DNA of 64,000 nt from Felis catus (taxonomy: Eukaryota). The translations under genes were made by a program, and so were the position numbers. Positions 1 through 11,350 of the stretch are shown piece after piece (position 1 is the stretch's first letter; each line of letters opens with the position of its first letter). Location of the stretch: the NCBI RefSeq assembly GCF_018350175.1, contig NC_058368.1, positions 207,516,001-207,580,000 of the forward strand, given 5' to 3'. A model generated the notes under the pieces. The model ran no database searches, was not told the DNA's origin, and saw only the letters and a program-made list of their open reading frames with translations.

Positions 1-97
1 AGCACCCCTAGGTCTTACAAAGGCCGAGGCTAAATTTCGATTTGGGTATTCCAAAAATGAAACTTACCAACTGTTTTTGACACATTCTTCAAAGAAG
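1..97 (+). CDS. C9: Complement C9, 3' end of exon 6 (partial, MACPF domain)
   Basis: Frame from nt 2 reads APLGLTKAEAKFRFGYSKNETYQLFLTHSSKK, matching human C9 FRFSYSKNETYQLFLSYSSKK; phase-0 donor GT at 98; NET sequon present. Confidence 0.93.
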
Positions 98-166
98 GTA
101 AGTTCAAACACTTAAACAGAGAATATGATGGGATATTTTTCAAAATAACCAAACCCCTTCTTCATG

Positions 167-386
167 TTTTTTAATTTTTTTTAATGTTTATTTATTCTTG
201 AGAGTGAGAGAGACAGAGCATGAGTGGAGGATGGACAGAGAGAGAGGGAGACAAAGAATCCGTAGCAGGTTCCAGCCTCAGAGCTGTCAGCATAGACCCC
301 GATGCAGGGCTCGAACTCAGGAACCGCGAGATCACCACCTGAGCCGAAGTCGGACGCCCAGCCAACTGAGCCACCCAGGCATCCCC
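167..386 (-). mobile_element. Can-SINE (SINEC_Fc type)
   Basis: Reverse complement of GGGG..CCTGGGTGGCTCAG head, (AG)n and T tail. Confidence 0.92.
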
Positions 387-429
387 CTCTTTTATTTATT
401 TATTTTTTAAGATATGGGTTTTTAAAATT

Positions 430-641
430 TTTTTTCTTTATTTGTAAAGTTTATTTTTATTTTGAGAGAGAGAGAGAGTGAGGAGGGAATGGACAGAGAG
501 AGAGAGAGAGAGAGAGAGAGAATCCCAGGCAGGCTCCACGCTGACACTGATGTAGGGCTTGAACTCACAAACCATGAGATCATGACTTGAACCCAAACCA
601 AGAGTCAGTGCTTAACAGATGAAGCCATGCAGGCACTCCCC
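430..641 (-). mobile_element. Can-SINE, older
   Basis: (AG)n, AATCCCAGGCAGGCTCC, degenerate head. Confidence 0.85.
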
Positions 642-2065
642 CAAAACTGTTTCTTTTAAGTGTTTGGAGCACATAGAGCTCATTGGAAAGAGAGAGAAAA
701 AAGAGAGAGAGGTAATAATAGTCAACAAATCCTCAAATATGTAGCTAGAAGGTCAAGAAGAAGAATGCAGACTAGAGAAGAACTTGACAGGATCTGCAGT
801 AGTATAAGGGGGTGAGATGTTTGGTGGTGACGAACAGAGAACGAGCGTATTTAGAATTCAGAGCATACCTTTGGACTGAGATTGTGGTAATAGACTGTTC
901 AATTTATACTATCTTCAGAATTACAATGAAGAATCATACTGAGGAATGTTGGTAATTTACTGCAATGCCTTACACTGATGGCTATGTACTTACTATAAAG
1001 TGTCTCTAAAGTAATGATGCCATGAAATTATACACGTAGCATATGAAACTTGTCTGCTTCCTTTGTAATCACACCCTTAGTTTGAAGCTTTGCAAATGTG
1101 TTTGTTTTTTAATATTGAATCCCAATTTAGAATTTTGTTTCATCCCCTTTGAAATAAATATAGAATATACTTTCTGTAATCAGTATGATGCTGGTAAAAC
1201 GTTCCTTCTTCATTTTCTGATAACACAGTCACTTATTTAGATACCCTCTCCTCCTTTAAAAAATAATAATAATTCACTCTTAGTACTTTGCTCAATCATT
1301 ATAATTGTTTTGTATGGGTCTGTACATTGTCTCTATATTAACATGCATACCCATCCAAAGTATGTAGTTGGAAAATCCTTTAAGTCATGCAGAAAATATT
1401 TAATGTAGATTTCCTACGTGGCCAGGCACCGTTCCAGGTACTTAGGATACATTTGTGAACCAAACTAGAAAAGATTCCGGTCCTCATGGAACTGAAAGTT
1501 CATCGCAGAGAGATAGATAAAATAAACATAAGCGCAAAATAGCAAACCACATAGTATTTAGAAAGTGTTAAGTGCTATGGAATAAAGTGAAAAGTAGAGT
1601 AACAGAAGGGAAGTCAGGAGTGCTGGGAAAATGGCAGTATTAAAAAGAAAGCTCAAGGAAATCTGAGTGAAGATTTGAAGGAGAGGAAATAACCAAATAG
1701 TCATATTTGGGATGATGCACCTGGCAAAAGGAACTGTTAGAGACGAGCGTATCTGTCCATTGGCCCAGAGTGAACCAGAAGGAGAATAAGTTAGAAAGGT
1801 TACCCTGAACCAGGTCATGAAATTTAGCTTTTTCTCTGAGTGGTATGGGAGGTCACTAGAATTATTTTTTAATAGAAGATTGACATACTCTAATATAATT
1901 TAAATGATAAGAAATATGAGAGTTAAGAGCAAAAGCAAGATTTGTTGAAAGCTATTGTAAGAATCCAGGCGAGTGATGATGGACACAAGTGTAGAGTCAA
2001 GCATGACTCTAAGGCTTTTCACCTGAGCAACTGGAAAGATGAAGTTGCTACCAAACGAGATAGAT

Positions 2066-2225
2066 GGGGCACCTGGGTGGCTCAGTCAGTTAAGTGTCCC
2101 ATTCTTGATTTGGCTCTGGTCATGATCTTATGGTTTGTGAGATCAAGCTCCATGTTGGGCTCTGTGCTGACAGCATGGAGCCTGCTTGGAATTTTCTCTC
2201 TCCCTCAAAATAAATGACTACACAT

Positions 2226-2273
<48 letters not shown>
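2066..2273 (+). mobile_element. Can-SINE followed by A43
   Basis: GGGGCACCTGGGTGGCTCAGTCAGTTAAG head; pure A tract 2231-2273. Confidence 0.88.
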
Positions 2274-2276
<3 letters not shown>

Positions 2277-2374
2277 AGAGAGAGAGAAGAGCCAACACTA
2301 AACTCAAGGAACATCAATAGAAAGAGGAAGAAGCAGCAGAGGACAGCAAGATGTGGCAGATATAATGCCCTAGA

Positions 2375-2530
2375 ACCTCACTACTCAAAGTGTGGTCCAT
2401 GGGTCAACAACATCAGCACCACTGAGAAGCTGGAACCTCAGCCTCTAAGCCAGACCTGCTGAATCAGAATTGCATTTTAACAAGATTCTACAGGTGATGT
2501 GTTCGCACTTTACAGCTTGAGAAGAACTGC
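2375..2530. mobile_element. MER5A-like hAT MITE
   Basis: CTCAAAGTGTGGTCC...GAATCAGAA..TGCATTTTAACAAG...TTGAGAAG. Confidence 0.75.
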
Positions 2531-3431
2531 CCTAGGAGATAAGAAAAGAAACTATCAAGGAGAAAGGAGTAATGAGCTGTGCCAAATGTGCTAATATGTC
2601 AAAGAAGAGGGACTCAGAAGCAACTGCTACCGGCTTTATCACTGTGAAGGTCACTGGTGACCTTGACAAGAGAAGTTTTGTTGAAGTAGTGAGGAGAGCT
2701 GAATGACTGGATTAGATTCAAGAGAAAATGGGGAGAGAGGAATTGAAAACAGCCAGTACAGAGAGTTCTTTAAATGAATTTTGCTTTTAATGAGGACAAA
2801 GAAATGGGTAGCAAATCATTAGACAAGTGAGGCCAAGAGATTTTGACACAGAAGGAACAACTTTATGTTTGGATGGAAATGATCTAATATCTACCTCTAA
2901 AATAAGTGGGGCCAAAGAATATAACGTCTTTCTGACAAGTTATACTCCTAATTTAGCCACAACGAAAACGAATCCAAGTATGTTTTGTGCATCCTTGAGA
3001 CTCCACTGAGAATTATGATGGAGGTCATCAAGAGAACTCATATGATTTATTGTATATGGAGTAAGTTTCTTTAAGATTTTTGTTAAAGACTGAATCACCG
3101 ACCATCACATGGAGTGAAGTTATACACTGTGAACATCTGTGCTTCCAGAACACAGAAAGTTTGGTGTGATGTTCATATATACCAAGCTATACTTTTAAAA
3201 ACTAATAATATGCTTTAAAGTTCTATGCAATCAACATGTGTTAACCACTACTCTAGAAGAACCTTAAACGAACCATCTACAAAACCATAGGTGTCAATTA
3301 TAGTTTAGTTTTGGCCGGGACAGTCTATGGTTTTCTCTTGGAAATTTAAGCCATCATCTCTGGGAATGATTAACTATTCACCTATTTAGGTCTTAAAATA
3401 TTGTCCACCTTATTATTACCAAAAATTGAGT

Positions 3432-3575
3432 GGGGTGTCTGGGTGACTCAGTAAGTTAAGCGTCTGACTCTTGATTTCTGCCCAGGTCATGGTAGCATCG
3501 TTCATGATATCAAGCCCCGTGTTGGGCTCTATGTTGACAGCGTGGAGCCTACTTGAGATTCTCTCCCTCTCTCTG

Positions 3576-3609
<34 letters not shown>

Positions 3610-3637
3610 AGAATAAATAAATAAACTTAAAAAAAAA
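3432..3637 (+). mobile_element. Can-SINE
   Basis: Head, (CT)n, AATAAA tail; AAAAATTGA on both flanks. Confidence 0.88.
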
Positions 3638-3809
3638 TTGAAAGTACACAGTAGAAGGAGCAGGTAGACCTAAATCCTACATTTATAGGACCAATCACTG
3701 CACAGTCTATTTTTGTGATTTGGGGCAAATAACTTGATACCTTTGGATCAGATTTTCTTGGTCTGCAAAATGAGAAGAGTAGGCTGCATACATAATGTCT
3801 ACTTTTTCT

Positions 3810-4545
3810 TTCATTGCCAACATTCTAAAATCAACTTAATGAGGTATAATTTATAAGCAACAACACACAAATACTTTAAGCCTGTAGCTCCATGAGTTTT
3901 GACTATTGTAGGTATCCATCTGTGTAACCACCTCCTGATACAAGATATAGAATGTTTCCACCACCTCAAGAAAATTCCCTCATGCCCTTTTTCAGCCACT
4001 CGCTTACTGCCTGAGAGGCAAGCACTCCAGATTTCTCTGACTGTAGCTTGATTTCACCTGTTCTAGAACTTCATATGAGTGAAATCACAGAGTACGTACT
4101 CTTTTGTGCTTGGCTTTTTTCATTCAGAGTACTATTTTTAAGATTTATTTATATTATTGCATGTATCAGTAGTTTGTTCCTTTTTTATTGCTAACCGGTA
4201 TTCCTTTGTGTGAACATACCACAATTTGTTTATCAGTCTTCTGTTGGTGGACATTTGAGTTGTTTCCAGTTTTAAGCTATTCTGACTAAAGCTGCTATGA
4301 AAGTCTTGTATGGATCTTTTTGTGGGCTATTTTCTCATTGACCGGAGGTCAATATGTAGAAGTGAAATTACTGGCCATAGGGTAAATGTGTGTTTACTTT
4401 TATAAGAAACTACTAGGCAGTTCTCCAGGGGGATTAGACCATTCTACATTCCCACCGGCAGTGTTTGAGAGCCCCCGTGCTGCACACTTTCATCAACAGT
4501 TGGGACTAATGGCATTCTGAGTTTGCCACCCTACTGGGTTAAAGT
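3810..4545 (-). mobile_element. Ancient L1M-type 3' fragment
   Basis: Degenerate L1M 3'UTR phrases (GAGGTATAATTTA, GGACATTTGAGTTGTTTCCAGTTT, TACATTCCCACC). Confidence 0.75.
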
Positions 4546-4670
4546 ATCTATGGTCGCCAAAACAAAACAAACACAAATTATTGCCTGGGGAAATCCTAAA
4601 TTTTGTGATTTTTAACTTTGAAATAATGGCTACTAAACTCATATTTATTTTCTTCTGCTCTACAACAAAG

Positions 4671-4911
4671 GAAAAAGTGTTCCTGCATGTGAAGGGAGTA
4701 ATTCATCTGGGAAGATTTACAATGAGAAGTCGGGATGTCATGCTGACAACAACTTTCTTGGAGGACATAAAAGCTCTGCCACCTACCTACGCAAAGGGGG
4801 AATATTTTGCATTTTTGGAAACCTACGGAACCCACTACAGTAGCTCTGGGTCTCTAGGAGGACTCTACGAACTAATATATGTTTTGGATAAAGCAGCCAT
4901 GGAAGAGAAAG
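4671..4911 (+). CDS. C9: Complement C9 exon 7 (MACPF core)
   Basis: [27 protein letters not shown]...[33 protein letters not shown] with the MACPF YGTHY...GG signature; 241 bp; donor G|GTACAC. Confidence 0.97.
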
Positions 4912-5251
4912 GTACACCTAGAAACAGAGCTCTTACCTCTAAAGCTGTTTTAACCAATCATTATTCCTGTTGCTAACCTCTTTCAATGATTAAAGGCTTT
5001 CAAATAAATTCCTATACACTGCTTCTTTGAGAGAACTCTCTCTGCCCTTTGGCATCAAAATCCTGTTAAAACAGCAAATAGCGAATTGACTTCTAGACCT
5101 CAAACACGATGACTTGATCATGAACTTGATCACGATGACTTGATCATGACTTGATCAGCAGCACTACTACAAAATGCACAAAATTATACTGCAATTTAAG
5201 ATCAGTTGGTGATGATGCTTTGAGTGGAATACTACTTGAAAAGTAGAAAAA

Positions 5252-5500
5252 GGGGCGCCTGGGTGGCGCAGTCGGTTAAGCGTCCGGCTTCCAGCAGGTC
5301 ACGATCTCGCGGTCCGTGAGTTCGAGCCCCGCGTCGGGCTCTGGGCTGATGGCTCAGAGCCTGGAGCCTGTTTCCGACTCTGTGTCTCCTTCTCTCTCTG
5401 CCCCTCCCCCGTTCATGCTCTGTCTCTCTCTGTCCCAAAAATAAATAAACGTTGAAAATGAATGAAACTTGAAAAAAAAAAAAATTTAAAAAAAAAAAAA
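5252..5500 (+). mobile_element. Young felid SINE
   Basis: CpG-rich, GGGCTGATGGCTCAGAGC insert; TSD AAAAGTAGAAAAAG. Confidence 0.95.
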
Positions 5501-7026
5501 GTAGAAAAAGTACAAGAGACATAATTCACATCATCTATTTCTTAATCGATAAATGGGTTCCATTACATGTTTGTCAACACTTTTCCAAAGGACTCTTGAG
5601 CATTGGAAGGGAAATAGTGTTCTAAATTTTCTCTGAGGGAGGAGGGAGAAAGTAATATTAAGATGTAAATCTAATGTCTTAAAGCAAAGGTGGAAAATTA
5701 GTTTTACCTCATAGAATGACAAGTTTAATCATATGGTGGTAGTTGAATTGACTCCACGTTGAGCAGATGCCTGACCACGCTTGAAATTATGGGAAAGAAG
5801 GCCATGGTTGATCATCAATGTCTGCCATGGGTTCAGGAAAGGCCTATGTACTACATAATTACCATACTGGCCTAAAGGTTTCATCTAAGCCTGTTAAGAA
5901 TAAAGTGCATGCAAAGTGACTGTGTTAATAAGTTTTAATTACTCATTTCGTGAGAAATTGTGGCTAGTTGTAATATTCCTTACAGAGGAGATAGATGCCA
6001 GCATATCTCCTTTCTCTGCCCTCAAATGTTTTCAGCGTGTCTCTTAGGGATGGAAGTGTTGCCAAAAAAAACGTTTCCGTGGCTCTTTCTCTTAGCCTCT
6101 GTCTGTTTCCAGTGAAGAATTGGATATGGCTATGAGCTTACAGCCGGACACTGTCCTCACGGTTTGTAAACATTTTAGAGATGAAACAACTATGAATAGC
6201 CAGAACTAACTGCTCTTGAGGCCTCAGTCTAGTCTTGAGCGGGAAGAGGTGCTGCCAGGAGAAATGGAATATGGAGTTGTTTGACTTGTACTGCCTCATA
6301 GGGCTATGCCCTGTGAGACAGCGTAAGGAAGCCTCCTGAGTCCTGTCCGGCAGGCTATTTTGATAAATAGCACATGGGCAAGGGGCACAAGAGGACGGTG
6401 TCTTGAGTGACCTGAAAATCAGAAGAGAAAGGCTCAGCAACGGTGATCAAAACACAAGGAACACTTCAGGCTAAGAGTTGCCTTGGTGAAAAAGCTCCAT
6501 GAGCTAAAATCTTTAATCTTGGGTAACTCAGACCTACCCACTTAAATTGACTTATCGTCTGACCTTAGTAGACAAGGATCATTAGGTCAATTCTTTGAAA
6601 AGGAAGTCATCCTTCTTGCTTCTTCATTGGCAATACCTGAGGACCGAACCATGTCCTACACCTAGATTTGGGATGTCCAGACCCTGTCTGGACAAGAAAA
6701 GGCCCACAGCTGAGGCAGAAAATCTAGCTCATTGGGATCACTTAGATATTTTCATACCCATCTTTGGAATCAAAGTCTTTATGCTTCCTAGGTTAAAGTT
6801 GGAAATCTAGTATTCTGGATTCCTTGCATGGCCTTCCATTTTTATCCTCCCTCTTCCTTTCATAGGGAAATCCACCTGATATTTCTCAAGTTCTCACTAG
6901 TTGTGGGTACACAAAAAATATTTGCTGAATAAATGAATGCTTAAATGTCCCCAGATCCCTACTTCTATATTTTACTATGAAACCCTGGAACTAACTTCAC
7001 TTCTCCCTTTCCTTTTTCACAAAGCA

Positions 7027-7028
<2 letters not shown>

Positions 7029-7065
<37 letters not shown>
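7029..7065. repeat. (TG)n microsatellite
   Basis: About 18 perfect units. Confidence 0.97.
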
Positions 7066-7066
<1 letters not shown>

Positions 7067-7773
7067 CTGAAATGATAAATAAGACTGAAAACTGACATGG
7101 TCAATGAACTGAGGCAGTTTACACTTGTAATAAAATAATCATTTTCTCTTCTAAATAGATAATAAAGTATATACTTGAATTAAATATTAGGATTTTTCTT
7201 CCTAGTAACTGTAGTATCCACACACCAGTGAGTCAGCTTCCAAAACTGATGTCTACTAAGTAGCATTCATAGGACCAAAGCAGAGTCGTCGCATGTATAA
7301 GCCATCTGCTCAAAGCAATGAACTCACTACCTTAATGAACAGAGTCTTCCAAAGAGGAATCTGAGATGTTGATGCATCCCACGACCAAATTATGAAGTCA
7401 ATACAGAGAAGTGCTTAACAGCCAGACAACTCTGGTTCATATGGTAACTTGGCTAATTGCTGAATCCCACTGGCAGGTAACTTATCTGCTCTGTCGTTCC
7501 ATATCCTCATCTGTAAAATGAGGATAATAGAACTTACCTTGAAAGGTTAATGTGAGGATTAAATTAATTGATGCTTGGAAAGATTTTGGGTATATGATGA
7601 GCATTGAATATATGTTAGACATCAAAGTCTGTCTCCCATGATGTTAGAAGTAAAGGACTTTACTGTAACTGCCCTATTCTGAGTGATGGCTCTTTTAAAC
7701 AAGAAGTAAATTTATATGTCCTTTGTTAGTAAGTTGACGAGCAAATTCAAAAGGAGGCCACTAGATTCTAATA

Positions 7774-7874
7774 TTATCCATTCATCATTTGATGGACTTT
7801 TAGGCTCTTTCCATAATTTGGCTATTGTTGAAAGTGCTGTTATAAACATTGGGGTACGAGTGTCCTATGCATCA
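7774..7874 (-). mobile_element. Isolated internal L1 ORF2 fragment, about 100 bp
   Basis: Closely matches 10536-10637; no tail or TSD seen. Confidence 0.88.
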
Positions 7875-8021
7875 AAGCAGAGCAGATATGACCTTGCATT
7901 TGAGTTCAGTAATAACGTCTAGGAATCCGAGTATGTTTCTTACAAAACAGTACAATTAAAATGTATTTATTGAAATAATTTAGACCTTATTTAATGATTT
8001 TCAACTAAATACATTAAACAG

Positions 8022-8147
8022 GTGTTGAAATAAGGGATGTACAGAGATGCCTCGGGTTTAGTTTGGATGCTTCTCTGAATGCTGGAGCTGAACTCACAGG
8101 AAAGATCAATAAAAACGATTGTTTAAAGAGGGGTGAAGGTGGAACTG
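8022..8147 (+). CDS. C9: Complement C9 exon 8 (TMH2 region)
   Basis: CAG|GTGTTGAA; (G)[41 protein letters not shown]; donor G|GTAAGT; phase 1-1 fits neighbours; absent from the ORF track. Confidence 0.95.
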
Positions 8148-8589
8148 GTAAGTATGGCCTACCTCACTAGTTTAAAAAAAAGGAGGAGGTGTTGTCAATG
8201 AACACTGCCCCATCACTATGAACTCTCTTTATTGTCCATCCTCTTTACTAAACAAACAAACAAGCAAAACCTTTGAGTGATTTAAAACTTTTATTTTTAC
8301 AGTGGTATGAACACAAGTACCCATGGACATGTATTCATTGGAAGCATCATTGCTCAGGCCACACAGTGTGCAGCTCTCAGAAAGGCACTTGCACTGTAGT
8401 CTTTGTAGATTCGTACATTTATCCTGGCAACGGTAGAAGGCCAATGATAGAAAACGTCTTCAGCAAAAATCTCCTTTCCCCCCCTAATTTTAGCAAAGTT
8501 TCTGAATAGGCTAGTGGCATACTGTATGTGACCATACACAGAGGAGAAGACTGAAACCATTTCCCTAATTCAGCCTAATCCAATGAGTC

Positions 8590-8860
8590 AAAAGGTATAA
8601 ACTTCCAGTTATAAGATAAATAAGTACTGGAGATGTAATGTACAACCTGATGACTGTAGCTAACAGTGCCGTGTGATATACTGGAAAGTTGCTAAGAGAG
8701 CAGAAACTAAAAGTTTTCAGCCCAGGAAAAGATAAATTGTTTGTAGCTGTACAAGGTGATGCAGGTGGTAATCATTTTGTGATATATGTGCATGGCAAAG
8801 CATGCTTTCTAAGTAGACCTTAAACTTTTACAGTGTGTCAATTATATCTCAATAAAACTG
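8590..8860 (+). mobile_element. Ancient L1MA/MB 3' end
   Basis: GGTATAAACTTCCAGTTATAAGATAAATAAG...AATTATATCTCAATAAAACTGG. Confidence 0.75.
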
Positions 8861-9829
8861 GGGGTGGGGGGGAAGTAATCCCAACCCATCCTTAACATTC
8901 AACCAGTGCATAACTTTTTTAAAAAACATAAATATCTTTAGTATAAATGTTGCTTGTGTTGTTAATACTTAGCAGATTTACAAGCATGAGATAGTGCTAG
9001 AGTGCTCAATTTTTACTCTAATCAGAAATCCCTGAGAATATCTTTGGACATACAAATGCTTGAGACTTCCCTTTAGAGAAGCAGCTGATAGTGGGGAGGC
9101 AGAGAGAGAAAAGCCTAGTGTTTTTAAAAGCATACCAACCACTAACATGTGGCCATGATAAGAAACCACTGATGAGTGCAAAAAAAAAATTGAACTTGCC
9201 ATCGAAAGTCCTAATTTCAGTATTTGACCCTCAGGCTAGTCTTGGGGTAGTCACTCCACCTCTCTGAGTCTCAGTTTCCTCATCTATAAAAATGAAAAAA
9301 GATAAACAAAAATCTTCTTGAAATTCCTTCCAGCTCAAAAAATTTACAACTCTGTAAGATTCACAAAAGTGTGTTAAAAGTCTGGAGAGAGAAACTGAAG
9401 GAGAGAGGAGTAGGAATTTAGGATGGAAAAAAATTTTGTTTTTCACCTGATTCTTTTTTACACTCTCTGATTTTTTTTGTAATATTAAATTAGTTTGAAG
9501 CAAAGTTATATAAAATGTAATTATGAAGTAAGTCTTAAAACAAAAAAATTCTAGTACATCCCAAAAGTCACGTTTAGTTCCCACGTATGCATGGGCATAA
9601 GTGATGAATTTGGAATCATCAGTGTATCTAAATCATCATTTTTTTTAAGACAACTGGAGTCTACAATTGAATACTAATAAAACTTGCTCTTGGAGATTTT
9701 GGGTGAAAAAATTATATAAGTAAAATTCAATAAATGTATTAGACTATACTTTTTGAAAAGGTTCAATAAATGTTGATCAAATGTCACAGAACTATAAATG
9801 TTTCACTTATATCCTCTTTCTCTTCTCAG

Positions 9830-10008
9830 TAAACATCACTAGTGATAACCTTATAGATGATGTTATTTCACTCATAAGAGGAGGAACCCAAAAATATGCA
9901 TATGAGCTGAAAGAGAAGCTTCTCAAAGGAGCCAAAACGGTTGATATGACTGACTTTGTAAACTGGGCCACTTCCTTAAATGATTCTCCAGTGCTCATAA
10001 GTCAAAAA
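9830..10008 (+). CDS. C9: Complement C9 exon 9
   Basis: Pyrimidine tract-CAG|TAAAC; (V)[59 protein letters not shown]; donor AAA|GTAAGG. Confidence 0.97.
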
Positions 10009-10027
10009 GTAAGGGATGTTTATTTTC

Positions 10028-11350
10028 TTTTTTTTTTTTCCTATTCTATAAGGTCCAATGAAAATTTTTATTTATTTATTTTTAAAGGTAATAATATATT
10101 TTTATTTACATGCATATAATCATAAGCTTTTTATTTTTTTATTTTTTAAATATGAAATTTATTGTCAAATTGGTTTCCATACAACACCAGTGCTCATTCT
10201 AACAGGTGCCCTCCTCAATGCCCATGACCCACTTTCCCTTCTCCCCCAACCCCCATCAACCCTCAGTTTATTCTCAGTATTTAAGAGTCTCTTATGGTTT
10301 GCCTCCTTCCCTCTCTGTAACTTTTTTTTCCCCCTTCTCCTCCCCGCCCTGGTCTTCTGTTGAGCTTCTCAGGATCCACATATGAGTGAAAACATATGGT
10401 ATCTGTCTTTCTCTGTATGGCTTATTTCACTTAGCATCACACTCTCCAGTTCCATCCACGTTGCTACAAAAGGCCATATTTCATTCTTTCTCATTGCCAC
10501 GTAGTATTCCATTGTATATATAAACCACATCTTCTTTATCCATTCATCAGTTGATGGACTTTTAGGCTCTTTCCATGATTTGGCTATTGTTGAAAGTGCT
10601 GTTATAAACACTGGGGGACGAGTGCCTCTATGCATCAGCACTCCTGTATCCCTTGGGTAAATTCCTAGTAGTGCTATTGCTGGGTCATAGGGTAGATCTA
10701 TTTTTAATTTTTTGAGGAACCTCCACACTGTTTTCCAGAGCGGCTGCACCAGTTTGCATTCCCACCAACAGTGCAAGAGGGTTCCTGTTTCTCCACATCC
10801 TTGCCAGCATCTATAGTCTCCTGATTTGTTCATTTTAGCCACTCTGACTGGCGTGAGGTGGTATCTCAGTGTTGTTTTGATTTGTATTTCCGTGATGAGG
10901 AGTGACGTTGAGCATCTTTTCATGTGCCTGTTGGCCATCTGGATGTCTTCTTTAGAAAAGTGTCCATTCATGTGTTCTGCCCATTTCTTCACTGGATTAT
11001 TTGTTTTTTGGGTGTGGAGTTTGGTGAGTTCTTTATAGATTTTGGATACTAGCCCTTTGTCCAATATGTCATTTGCAAGAATCGTTTCCCATTCCATTGG
11101 TTGCCTTTTAGTCTTGTTGATTGTTTCCTTTGCTGTGCAGAAGCTTTTTATCTTCGTGAGGTCCTTCATTTTTGCTTTTAATTCCCTTGCCTTTGCAGAT
11201 GTGTCAAGTAAGAAATTGCTGCAGCGGAGGTCAGAGAGGTGTTTTCCTGCTTTCTCCTCTAGGGTTTTGATGGTTTCCTGTCTCACATCCAGGTCCTTCA
11301 TCCATTTTGAGTTTATTCTCGTGAATGGTGTAAGAAAGTGGTCTAGTTTC
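10028..11350 (-). mobile_element. 5'-truncated felid L1 (ORF2 C-terminus and 3'UTR) with a 3' extension and second poly(A)
   Basis: ORF 10369-11301 (-) is the L1 ORF2 C-terminal Cys-rich region; 16-bp TSD AGG(G/A)ATGTTTATTTTC at 10012-10027 and 11351-11366. Confidence 0.93.

Larger units (their letters stand above)
1370..2900 (-). mobile_element. Decayed L2 tract interrupted by a SINE and MER5A
   Basis: GCCAGGCAC...CTCATGGA and purine-rich L2 phrases (GTCACTGGTGACCTTGACAAGAG). Confidence 0.6.

Noticed and set aside
2214..2462. Poly-lysine and other low-complexity ORFs (also 27093-27299, 46539-46739, 50217-50441)
   Set aside because: Translations of homopolymers and microsatellites.
4581..4976. 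131-aa ORF as a standalone gene (likewise 9781-10119 and 19896-20159)
   Set aside because: C9 exons extended into open intronic frame; splice sites define the true limits.
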